Source of the DNA: an uncultured Gammaproteobacteria bacterium
GTDB taxonomy: Bacteria; Patescibacteriota; Microgenomatia; Levybacterales; GWA1-39-11
Direction: 5' to 3'
NCBI GenBank assembly: GCA_964485575.1
Contig: CAZAJO010000008.1
Location: forward strand, 921-64,920
DNA length: 64,000 bases
The translations under genes and the position numbers were made by a program. The notes beneath the pieces were generated by a model. The model was not told the DNA's origin. It searched no databases and saw nothing but the letters and a program-made list of their open reading frames with translations. Every line of letters begins with the position of its first letter. Within the stretch, counting starts at the first letter, position 1. Shown here piece by piece: positions 24,001 to 29,290 of the stretch.

Positions 24001-26113
24001 AAAGTGCTGGTAGTGTCGCAATTCTGGCAGCTCCCGGAGCAGGAGAGGTAATAGTTGTCGTGTTACCGGTCCCCAAGACTATCTGGTTTGTAACAGCCTG
24101 AGCAGTCAATGTTGTTGCAGAGACAATTGTGCCGGCACCAGTCGTTAGGATATTGCCGGATGTTGATAAATTATCTCCAGCAGTTGTTGGGGCGATTGTA
24201 GAGGTTCCATTGTTGCGGGTGAAAAATCCGACAGTACCCGAAGTATTGGTTGTTGTTATATTTCCAGAACATACAAGATTGCCAGTTGCGTCATCAATTG
24301 TACATCCCGTTGTGCCTGATCCCCCTGCAAGAGAAACATCCCCATCAGACGCAATTAGGAGCGCTTGCGCTCCTGTAGTGGTGTTGTATATCGTGAATTG
24401 TGACGTATCCACATTCACGGAATAATCATCCTGACCCACATCACTATCCACGAAAAATACCGAAGGATCAGAATTGGCTATAGTGATATCTCCGCCTGCT
24501 GTAGTTGTACCGGTGAGATAAAGATTTCGATAACGCCTGAGCGCAGAACCGAGATCGTAGGTATCATCAGCACTTGGTCCGATACTTCCAGCAACCTCAA
24601 GCCTAAAAGGATTACCATCAGCATCGAGGTCATCTGGTGCAACACCAATACCGAGACGGCCATTCGGAATCGTGACGAGTCCCGCTCCAATCGTCGCAGT
24701 GTCTAGGGCAGAACCGATATTGATGATATCAGCGGCAGTGTTGTCCGTTGCAATATTTATGACGTTTCCAGCCGTACCTGTGCCGACATTGATGATTTTT
24801 GCATTGTTTCCGGTGCCAAGATTGACTGTGCCGGTCGTGCCACTGTCAAGCGTCAAAGAGCTAGCTCCAGCAGAGAGCACTGACCCTGCACCTGTAAAAC
24901 TAAGGATTGTACCGCCTAGGTTAAAGTTGTTAGCAACGCCTGTTACTGATGTCAAGGTAGAAGATAATTGGATGTTGGCTTCTCCTGATGGACTTTCTGT
25001 GACATCAAAATCTCCACCAAGAAAATCCAGAGCATTTATCACATTCGAGACGACTACATCATTCTCTTTGATAGTTGCAACAGCAAAAGATGTGATATTA
25101 GTCCAAGAAGGAATGCCTGATGGGTCAACTGTTAAAAACTGTCCAGTCGTTCCGATCGGCAGCCCTGCAAGAACGTCAGTGGAAGCTGCATAGATGATGT
25201 CACCGGTCGTGTATGTAGAAAGTCCAGTTCCACCTACACCAACACTTATAAGTCCCGTCTTTATTGCTTCTCCGGCTACCGATCCTCCAGACCCAATTGT
25301 TAAAGTATTTGCAATATCTGGATCAGTGAGACATGAAGAACAATGTCCACGTGCAACCAAAGTTTCGAGTGTCGTTATGTCGGAAATGGTGAGATCAGTT
25401 ATCTGTATGCCATCACCCGCAAGAAGCTCTATATCACCTGTCTGACCCTGGAGTGAAGTAACCCCACTGGCATCCACAGAAATCGTGGGGGACTGTGGAT
25501 CTCCACTCAAAGTCACATTGTCACCAGCGGTTAGACTGTAGACTACATTTGGAGCTGTGATATTCCCTTTGAAAAGACTCGTACCCTCAACGAGAAGATT
25601 TTTCTTTATCGTTAGGTTCTCACGAGCAACAACCGGCAGTCCAAAAATCACACTACCGGTTAGCTTCAATTTGCTTGTTTGGGTTCCAAGTACTTCCGGT
25701 GTTTCGGTTGCGACATCTGTAGATTTAATTATTTTTGGAGCTGAATTCTTTATTAGCTGTTGCCTTGCAAAAACACCAGTAACGAAAAGTGCTGAGGCTA
25801 AAACACCGAGAACCAGGGTTTTCTTTGTTGGTTTGAGGTATGCGAATTGAAAGAATAGCCTTGTAGCCTCAAAAAGGAGGCTCATACTGTTGATAAATGA
25901 CTGAAATGGGCTTATAGTTTTATCAGCTGATGGAACAGCATCCACCTTAGCTTTGCTAGCTTCTACGAGCTTGGTAAGATCATCTTGCCTGTACTGAAAT
26001 TCTCCTTTTTCGTTGGTAAATGGGGTAAGTGAGTGGCGGTCGCAGAGATACACAAGGGTTTCTACTGAAACACCAAGCTGACGAGCTGCCTGTTTTAACG
26101 TTAATAATTTCAT
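2..26113 (-). CDS. Giant repetitive cell-surface protein, start at 26113 and 3' end beyond the window (over 8,700 aa in-window). N-terminal HTH_17-like domain plus a single TM helix, then a Thr/Gly/Asn/Ser-rich repeat ectodomain
   Basis: Reverse-complement translation from the ATG (revcomp of 26111-26113) gives MKLLTLKQAARQLGVSVETLVYLCDRHSLTPFTNEKGEFQYRQDDLTKLVE... then a hydrophobic stretch KKTLVLGVLASALFVTGVFA. Frame spot-checks at about 960-1060 give in-frame ...GANITGGINNNTGGITNTGAIAGATNITASGTVQ.... There is an in-frame stop upstream at 26195-26197. The supplied complete-ORF track has no long complete minus-strand ORF in 1-26113, which is what a frame open to the window edge would give (complete interruption check not possible by hand). 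All plus-strand ORFs here are V/P-rich antisense artefacts of the same repeats. Confidence 0.8.
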   Translation of the reverse strand, partial: MKLLTLKQAARQLGVSVETLVYLCDRHSLTPFTNEKGEFQYRQDDLTKLVEASKAKVDAVPSADKTISPFQSFINSMSLLFEATRLFFQFAYLKPTKKTLVLGVLASALFVTGVFARQQLIKNSAPKIIKSTDVATETPEVLGTQTSKLKLTGSVIFGLPVVARENLTIKKNLLVEGTSLFKGNITAPNVVYSLTAGDNVTLSGDPQSPTISVDASGVTSLQGQTGDIELLAGDGIQITDLTISDITTLETLVARGHCSSCLTDPDIANTLTIGSGGSVAGEAIKTGLISVGVGGTGLSTYTTGDIIYAASTDVLAGLPIGTTGQFLTVDPSGIPSWTNITSFAVATIKENDVVVSNVINALDFLGGDFDVTESPSGEANIQLSSTLTSVTGVANNFNLGGTILSFTGAGSVLSAGASSLTLDSGTTGTVNLGTGNNAKIINVGTGTAGNVINIATDNTAADIINIGSALDTATIGAGLVTIPNGRLGIGVAPDDLDADGNPFRLEVAGSIGPSADDTYDLGSALRRYRNLYLTGTTTAGGDITIANSDPSVFFVDSDVGQDDYSVNVDTSQFTIYNTTTGAQALLIASDGDVSLAGGSGTTGCTIDDATGNLVCSGNITTTNTSGTVGFFTRNNGTSTIAPTTAGDNLSTSGNILTTGAGTIVSATTLTAQAVTNQIVLGTGNTTTITSPAPGAARIATLPALSADDTFVFANETQTLSNKTIGATGLTFSGAATDVSTLANEDFTITPNGTGQIVLSNTTRLLNLPGPGVSATTLCRDNVSNEITQCPANAGGISLQLAYNSGNTISVSDSIGNLDFTLASDSARALTLTNAGTASSALVINDTNAAIQNALEVQSGGSTTLTINENGILSTSGNILTTGAGTITSAGTLTASNGLTLTTGTLNLTATAGTLNLSGLSGSSISTGVNNLLITSANLNTTATGINSTAVGSTTPSTGAFTNLSANGAFTLSSFITDGVVINNSSGVFSTIAQLNPARGGTGLDTSAALPGQILIGNGTGLSLNYISGTSNQVNVVNGSGTIVLSTPQDIAATSSPTFASQTLSNTSNQLTLGAAGNTLVINSNSQSVPRTATIPALNASDTFVFANETQTLSNKTIGSTGLIFSGAATDITTASNEDLTLSASGIGQIVLSNTVRLGSLPAAGVAATTLCRDNVSNEITQCPANASNVSLQLAYDSGNTITTTANRNIDFTLGSGLSTSLLLTNVGTASAFVINDTSGSVNNSLVIQSSGSATLTINENGLLSTSGNILTTGTGSILSATTLTAQAATNQLVLGSGNTTTISSVAPSAPRIATLPALTVDDTFIFAQQTQTLTNKTIGTTGLVFSGAATDISTLANEDFTITPNGTGQIVLSNITRLENLPVAGVAATTLCRDDLSHQVTECPANAANISLQLAYEAGNTISASNSFGDISLTLADLSSRQFLLTNAGTGSAAFVINDTNASVQNALSIQSSGSATLTINENGNLTTAGVLTSLAATNQLVLGTGNTTTISSVAPAASRIATIPGLSANDTFIFANQSQTLTNKLLTDNSITFQDDGDNTKQFLFDLSQITTGTLRTISIPDYDGTVCLTVGNCAGAGGVVGGAGTLNRLAKFTVTGSNIGDSNFTDDGTTITSLTAFNVGDQTGVDTLSLLRLATSTSGATLNNSNLLSLQGSYWNGASSNNLTFSLQNQILTTAPTYQLAFVNNAGDNAATLSYAGNLGLAATTNQLSLGTINTTTINSPAPGAPRIATLPALTFDDTFIFAAQTQTLTNKTIGASGLVFSGAANDLITVSNEDLTLTPNGTGQIVLSNIARLENLPLAGVSGTTLCRDDSSHEITECPANAANISLQLAYEAGNTISATDGEGNIDFTLADLSSRQFLLTNAGTGSAAFVINDTNASIQNALSIQSSGSATLTISENGNLITTGSITSNSLSTGAITATGSLTFNGVGTDITTVSNQDLTITPDGTGQIVLSNITKLLNLPAAGLSATTLCRDDITNEITECPANAANISLQLAYEAGNTISATDGEGNIDITLADLSSRQFLLTNAGTGSAAFVINDTNASLQDVFQAQSSGSATLTISENGNLTSVGNLSTSGNILTTGTGAITSAGLLTAQNGFTVTTGAVNITGTSGALSLSGLSASSLQFGGNNLLIGAANLNVTATGINSTAIGATTPSTAAFTTVTANTSVTISPFTTAGVVINNASGVLASEQQLAPLRGGTGVDSSAAPNGALLIGNGSGFSLNTITGTSNQVLVANGSGTISLSLPQSIAATSSPTFASLNLTNTTNQVVLGTTNTTTITSLAPSASRFATIPALTADDTFIFANQTQTLSNKSIGSTGLIFSGAATDITTNSNEDLTLSPDGTGQIVLNTITRIPNLSGTVGATVVCRNGANELSICSSNALNVTLQQAYNSGNTIVANDLHGNIDFTLADLSSRQFLLTNAGTGSAAFVINDTNASIQNALSIQSSGSATLTISENGTLSTIDNILTTSGGTITSNGLLTASNGLTVTAGAVNITGSSGAIVLTGLGASTFDSGANALTFTSSNFNTTATGINNTAIGATTPSTGNFTTLTTTGNASFSGNLTLAGAPRSIQTTDFNTLTIGGNTTGLVQIAGNTDITGLLSVQGAATFNNNISQVGTGTFSTGTGTVSLNGNTSVTGSNTFSVGTGATTLGSTLTVASTATFNGNVFVTTGNSFNASGSAVFTPSTGNNVVFNTSSNERIQINGLQTQNGNTLCLDVSNNLAYCNGAPFGLQAAYNTGNTITTTPGRDLAFTLGQDQTTSLTLTNLGTASAFIINDNNANTNTSLEIQSSGSATLSINELGNLTTSGNIATTGTGTITSNALLTASNGLSVTTGAVNITGTSGALNLSGLSASSLQFGGNNLLIGSGNFTVTATGINNTAIGATTPSTGNFTNLTTTGTASFSGDLTLAGAPRSIQTTENNTLTIGGNTTGNIVVSPLSGAGNFTVNGNSAFNGTLNVLGVSTFNDNISQVGASTFTTGTGAITLNGNTSVTGTNTLTVGTGLTTLGGALTVNGVGTFTNNISQTGTGTFSTGTGNVSLNGNTSVTGSNTFTVGTGATTLGSTLDVAGTATFNSNVFITTGNSFNASGAAVFAPSSGNNVVFNTTGTERIQINGLQTQNGNTLCLDVSNNLAYCNGAPFGLQAAYNTGNTITTTPGRNLAFTLGQDQTTSLTLTNLGTASAFIINDNNANTNTSLEIQSSGSATLTINELGNLTTSGNISTTGTGTITSAGLLTASNGLTLTTGALNLTATSGTLNLSGLSASSINTGGNNLTFTSNNFNTTATGINGTAIGVTTPSTGNFTLLTTTSNASISGNLTLAGAPRSIQTTELSALTIGGDTTGEITLSPLNGIGNLNINALTLLNGNTSVTGANTFTVGTGLTTLGGALTVNGVGTFNNNITQVGAYTFSTGTGNVSLNGNTTVTGSNTFSVGTGATTLGSTLDVAGISTFNGNVIITNGNSFDASGSAVFTPSTGNNVVFNTTSNERIQINGLQTQNGNTLCLDVSNNLAYCNGAPFGLQAAYNTGNSITTTPGRSIDFTLGQDQTTSLTLTNQGTASAFIINDNNENTNTALEIQSSGSATLTINELGNLTTSGNIATTGTGTITSAGLLTASNGLTLTTGAINLTATSGVLSLSGLSASSINAGVNNLLITSGNFTATATGINSTAIGATTPSTGAFTTLSSTGTTNLGTSGASDVNIATTGTGNVAIGNATGTFAVTSNGGLNVTTLGALTGVISLDTIGVSATDLTFAGVGTISATGSNSLTLDTGTTGDINLGIGNSAKTIYIGTGTGGNVINIATNDTLADIVNIGSLLDTINLVGSVTANNFNSSGVTVTGGTINGTSVGATVRSSGAFTTLAANSTVLIENLTTSSGTALCIDSFDNIIKCSIGSGTGTLQSSYNNGNTILTNDGRNIAFTLAPGLNLPTSFTLENQSTASAFILNDTSAGGGGTFFDLQSNGASTLKVSEAGVIYLAGDNTSDITTLVGGTDITINPASSTVDATGGNLRLVAGTSTAGGSTGGSVTINAGAGASANGSINIGTLSTGNTVNIGTDNTSPDFINIGSGTDTVNLVGAVTANNLSSSNAVITGGSIDNTPIGNTTRSSGKFTTLAANSTVTIENLVTVVGSPLCTNGDDEVVLCDVGSSAGTLQSSYDNGNTILTNSGRNIDFTLASGLNAATSLTLTNEGTASAFIINDNNAAPNQVALEIQSGGNRRLTIDESGNASTSGYISSSNSIQTIGSGTITSANGLFVTAGGASINGGINNNTGGITNTGSITGATNITASGTSQGDILNAVTSIQTNGTQRVDASGNLVNIGTIASGAITTTGTLTFSGVSTDITTVSNQDLTLLANGTGKIVLNDTVGIPILAGVQGFTVLCQNATNELSQCDPTAFGVTLQSAYNGGNTILTTAGKNIDFTLDSGLTTQLRLTNAGSANAFVINDSNVGSGGIVFEVQSASVSALTISELGTISTSGNIATTGTGTITSAGALTVSAGGASITGGINNNNGGITNTGAITGATNITASGTIQGDTINALTAFQLNGTSINVGGTLSNVAYLDQANVFTNTNTFSSAAPLTLSNSAPDITLATAGNNGVLRIRDAEGSPNTLLALTDAGTVGNLAISGTINAVSGFQLNGTNINTTGTLTNVAYKGQNNNFTVGQTIGGALTVTTGGASITGGINNNTGGITNTGAITGATNITASGTTQTDILNAITAIQLNGVNINTGGTLSNVAYLDTANTFTLGQTINTGGITVVAGGANISGGINNNNGGITNTGAIAGATTIAASGVVTLSGASPLTLSNTTPIITLGAGNAAGTLTIKDSNGTPNTLLTLVDNGTVATLTVGTINATSALQLNGANINTANTLTNVAYKNQSNTFTAGQIITTGGLAIQAGGLDVTGGINNNAGGITNAGAISGATSIDASGVVTLSNAAPLTLSDSAPVITLATAGTNGVLTIKDAEGAPNTLLTLTDTGTTGNLSVTGSINAGTGILLGGTNINTTGTLTNVAYKGQNNNFTVGQTIGGALTVTTGGASITGGINNNTGGITNTGAITGATNITASGTIQGDIINAITALQLNGTDINTAGILTNVAYKNQSNTFTAAQIISSGGLSVTGGINNNNGGITNTGAIGSATTIDASGLVTLSSSTPLALTATTSAITVAAAGSNGTLTIRDGEGSPNTLLTLTDTGTVGNLSVTGTINAVGGYLLNGTNINTTGTLTNVAYKGQNNNFTVGQTIGGALTVTTGGASITGGINNNAGGITSTGAISGVTDITASGVVTLSGASPLTLSNAAPVLTLATTGVDGVLTIADAQGSPNTLLTLTDNGTNATLAVANINATTGFLLNGTNINVGTTLSNVAYLDQANLFAIGQTINTGGITINAGGANITGGINNNTGGITNTGAITGATNITASGTIQGATINATSVFQLNGTSINTTGTLTNVAYKGQNNNFTTAQNIAGTVTITGAATDITTGSNEDLTLVANGSGVINLNDTIQIPTLASPDGSTALCRNAGDFLSACAPNSNGVTLQLAYDAGNTILTTSGRNIDFTLYDENTDSGTPTSFTLMNAGSANAFVINDVRTGSGGIAFEIQSASASALTITELGTITTSGNIATTGTGTITSAGALTVSAGGASITGGINNNTGGITNAGAISGATTIGASGLVTLSAASPLTFSNTNPIVTLGAGNANGVLTIRDSAGSPNTLLTLTDAGTVGNLSVTGTINAGTGYLLNGTNINTAGTLTNVAYLNQANIFTAGQTITTGGLAIQAGGADITGGINNNTGGITNTGAITGATNITASGTTQTDILNAITAIQLNGTNINTAGTLSNVAYKNQSNTFTAAQIISAGGLSVVGGINNNNGGIINTASISGATTIDASGVVTLSGANPLALTNGTPNISLATAGVDGVLTIKDAEGSPNTLLTLTDAGTVGNLSVTGTINAANGFLLGGTNINTTGTLSNVAYKGQDNNFTVGQTIGGALTVTTGGASITGGINNNTGGITNTGAISGATTIGASGLVTLSAGSPLTFSNTNPIVTLGAANANGTFTIKDSAGVPNTLLTLTDAGSVGNLSVTGSVNAGTTLQIGGVDINTAGTLTNVAYQNQSNTFTALQTITTGGLTISADGASITGGINNNTGGITNTGAITGATNITASGTIQGATINGTSVIQLNGVDINTAGTLTNVAYQNQANTFTALQTISSGGLTISAGGANITGGIDNNVGGITNTGAIAGATTIAASGTVTLSSGSPLTLSNTTPIITLGAGNAAGVLTIRDSNGAPNTLLTLTDNGTTATLAVANINATTAFLLNGTSINTTGTLSNVAYKGQDNNFTVGQTIGGALTVTTGGASITGGINNNAGGITNTGAITGATNITASGTIEGATLNATNNIQTNGVTRLDVIGNLTNINTISSGAITTSGVLTFNGVPTDITTGPNENLTLAPNGTGEILLNNYVQVATLSATTGLTTVCRNASNQLSTCAANASAVTLQQAYDAGNTILTTSGRNIDFTLDSGLSTQFTLTNAGSANAFVINDTNAGTGGVALDVQSAGVSKLSISELGNISTSGNITTTATGTITSAGALTVNSGGAYLKGGINNNSGGIINTGSITGITNLTASGTATLTGSSPLTLSNANPNIRLATAGTDGTLTISDAEGSPNTLLTLTDNGTVGTLSVGTVNASTGFTLGGTDINTTGTLTNVAYKGQNNNFTVGQTIGGLLTVTTGGITVSAGGASINGGINNNAGGITSTGAIAGATTIAASGTVTLSSAAPITLTNSAPDITLGAGDANGTLSIKDSAGSPNTLLTLVDNGTDATLTVGTVNALSALQINGANINTTGTLTNVAYKGQNNNFTVGQTIAGLLTVSSGGASITGGINNNTGGITNTGAITGATNITASGTIQGATLNATSVIQLAGTDINTAGTLTNVAYQNQANTFTALQTITTGGLTINAGGANITGGIANNAGGITGTGAIAGATTIDASGTVTLSSASPLTFSNTNPIVTLGAGNAAGVLTIRDSNGAPNTLLTLTDNGTTATLAVANINATTAFLLNGTSINTTGTLSNVAYKGQDNNFTVGQTIGGALTVTTGGASITGGINNNTGGITSAGAISGATTIDASGTVTLSSASPLTLSNNAPVLTLATAGNNGVFTIKDAEVSPNTLLTLTDNGTNGTLTVANVNATTALQFNGTNINTTGTLSNVAYKGQNNNFTVGQTIGGLLTVSAGGANITGGINNNAGGITNTGAVSGATNITASGTIQGGTLDATTSVQTSGTDRIDASGNLVNIGTISSGAITTTGTLTFDGVSTDITTGTNEDLTLTPNGTGQIVLSNLTQVPTLGTNGTIGLCRNALNQIATCNAATATLQTAYDNGNTITTTTGRNIAFTLAGGLGSPTSFTLTNAGTANAFILNDTAAGTGGIAINVKSNGTSTLTIDELGNLTTSGNIVTTGTGAITAAGLLSATNGASISAGLDNNLGGITNAGAITGATNITASGTIEGDIINAVSAFQLNGTSINTAGTLTNVAYKNQNNNFTVGQTIAGLLTVSTGGASITGGINNNTGGLTNAGAISGATTIAASGTVTLSGVSPLTLSNASPIVTLATQGTNGVLTIRDAELSPNNLLTLTDYGDGGSLSVSSISATTSLQLNGVDINTAGTLTNVAYRNQNNNFTVGQTIAGLLTVSSGGASITGGINNNTGGISNTGAITGATNITASGTIQGATVNATSVIQLNGTDINTAGTLTNVAYQNQQNTFSQNNIFSNANPVTLSDNAPIVTLATIGNNGVLTIKDAEGSPNTLLTLTDAGTVGNLSLSGTINAVSGFLLNGTNINTTGTLSNVAYKGQNNNFTVGQTIAGLLTVSSGGASITGGINNNTGGITNTGAIAGATNITASGTVTLSGASPLTLTNAAPTAILGTAGVDSTLTINDGDANTLLSLTDAGTVGNLSLTGSVNAVTGFLFNGTNINTTGTLTNVAYKGQNNNFTVGQTIGGALTVTTGGASITGGIDNNNGGVTNTGAITGATNITASGTTQTDILNAITAIQLNGANINTAGTLTNVAYLNQANTFTNTNTFSSATPVVLSNTNPVITLGAGNAAGTLTINDSNGSPNTLLTLVDNGTVGTLTVGTVNASSNVQTNGTTRIDASGNLTNIGTVSSGAITTTGTLTFNGVSTDITTGTNENLTIAPNGTGEIILSNLVQVPTLGTNGTSGLCRNASNQIASCNANVNNVTLQQAYEAGNTISATDNEGNIDFTLANLNSRQFTITNAGTGSAALVINDTNASIQNALQIQSSGSATLAINENGNLTTSGNIVTTGTGTITAANGFVATAGGANITGGINNNTGGITNTGAIAGATNITASGTVQTDVLNAITAIQLNGLNINTAGTLTNVAYLNQANTFTNTNTFSSATPIILSNTNPVVTVGAGDAAGTLTIKDSAGSPNTLLSLVDNGTVATLSVDTINALSQLQVNGANINTTGTLSNVAYKGQNNNFTTAQTIGGLLTVSTGGLTVSAGGASITGGFNNNNGGITNAGAVSGVTTLDASGTVTLSGISPLTLSNTTPTITLSTLGNNGTLTIKDAEGSPNTLLTLVDNGTTATLSASSINGVTDIQTNGVRRIDASGNLTNIGTVSSGAITTTGTLTFNGVSTDITTGTNENLTIAPNGSGQILLSNLTQVSTLGTNGNV
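4860..5430 (-). repeat. Copy 1 of a near-identical intragenic duplicated segment, offset 2220 bp from copy 2
   Basis: 4876-5030 matches 7096-7250 (about 155 bp, about 98% identity). 5336-5423 matches 7556-7643 (88 bp with 1 mismatch). The constant 2220-bp offset means a 2.2-kb super-repeat. Confidence 0.8.
7080..7650 (-). repeat. Copy 2 of the near-identical intragenic duplicated segment
   Basis: See copy 1. The shadow ORFs 4872..5225 and 7098..7445 share an identical 50-aa stretch. Confidence 0.8.
15480..18900 (-). repeat. Three tandem copies of a coding repeat of about 1.13-1.23 kb (about 380-410 aa) inside the giant gene
   Basis: The anchor 'cagtcc(a/g)aa(t/a)gg(t/a)gc(a/t)ccgttacagta(c/t)gcaag' occurs at about 15481, 16611 and 17841. 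The flanking sequence is about 85-90% identical. The shadow ORFs 15564.., 16725.. and 17970.. share ...VVAPIAVLFIPVAV...PFDAVKRPADVIVPVPVVAIFPLVVRFPSSF... Confidence 0.7.
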
Positions 26114-26600
26114 TGACGAGTTTTGACTATCGCGTATATATAAAACGGGTGTATATCTAATGTATCTATTTTCGATAAAACTAGTCAACGTATGTTAATG
26201 ATAGGTACTGTAACAAACTGTACTGTTTTTCATAAAAAAATATATAACGTGTAGAAGCGGTTAAAAAGCGAAAAAAAATGATGATGCATTATGTTATAGA
26301 AAGTAGTAGTCATCCTAAACCGTATCAAATCTTAAAAAACAGAATATATTTCACAAAAACTTTTCACGCACATTAATCTTATAGTAACTATTCAGCAAAT
26401 TTTAATATTTTTATTTTCTCAAAATTGCAGAAAAAAATATTTCATTTTTCGCAAAATTAAAATTGACTTTTCACAGAATTGCGATATTTGAAGCTAATTA
26501 TTTTACGGTATTATAAATTGCTTTGATATAACAGAATAAAATGCATTATTGAGTTTATTAGTAGTACATAATGTAATTTAGCTTGGATTCAAGGCCAAAT
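26114..26600 (-). promoter_or_regulatory. 487-bp AT-rich non-coding spacer between the giant-gene start and the 3' end of atpC. It presumably holds the giant-gene promoter. A candidate minus-strand -35 TTGACT lies at 26176-26181
   Basis: No ORF or structured-RNA signature is visible. The AT content is very high with homopolymer A/T runs. There is a -35-like hexamer but the -10 is ambiguous. Confidence 0.3.
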
Positions 26601-26873
26601 TTATTTATCCATGAAGAGAACTTCGATTCCTAAGAAGATATTAGCGCTGTCTTGTTTGACTTTCATGACAGCTTGTTCGAATTTCAACTCTTTTACTTTC
26701 TGACGGTTATCGTAAAGAACTAACTCTTGGCGTATGATAGAGATGAAGTTAGCATGCATCGGGTATATATCAAATGGTCCAACTTCATTGAAAGAACTTA
26801 TACGTTCAACCTCACCTTCATAGATAATGTTTTCAGTATCTCTGACTTTAACTTTGAATTTTTTCTCACTCAT
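26601..26873 (-). CDS. atpC: F-type ATP synthase epsilon subunit
   Basis: A 90-aa product immediately downstream of atpD. The N-terminus FKVKVRDTENIIYEGEVERISSFNEVGPFDIYPMHANFISII fits the epsilon beta-sandwich pattern. Confidence 0.65.
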   Translation of the reverse strand: MSEKKFKVKVRDTENIIYEGEVERISSFNEVGPFDIYPMHANFISIIRQELVLYDNRQKVKELKFEQAVMKVKQDSANIFLGIEVLFMDK

Positions 26874-26883
26874 AAGATCCTAT

Positions 26884-29287
<2,404 letters not shown>

Positions 29288-29290
29288 ATG

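Noticed and set aside
6232-24690. Short minus-strand ORFs (6232..6471, 7381..7623, 9328..9633, 13822..14325, 16798..16995, 21871..22200, 23818..24021, 24478..24690)
   Set aside because: They lie in the two non-coding minus-strand frames inside the giant gene and have a low-complexity L/Q/S/H-rich composition typical of off-frame reads.
78-25850. About 70 plus-strand ORFs of 60-346 aa in the supplied track, with translations such as ...VPVVVIAPE... and IPPVLLLIPPVI...
   Set aside because: They are Val/Pro/Ile-rich antisense 'shadow' frames of the minus-strand Thr/Gly/Asn repeats. Their repetition mirrors the coding repeats, and the minus-strand frame appears continuously open.
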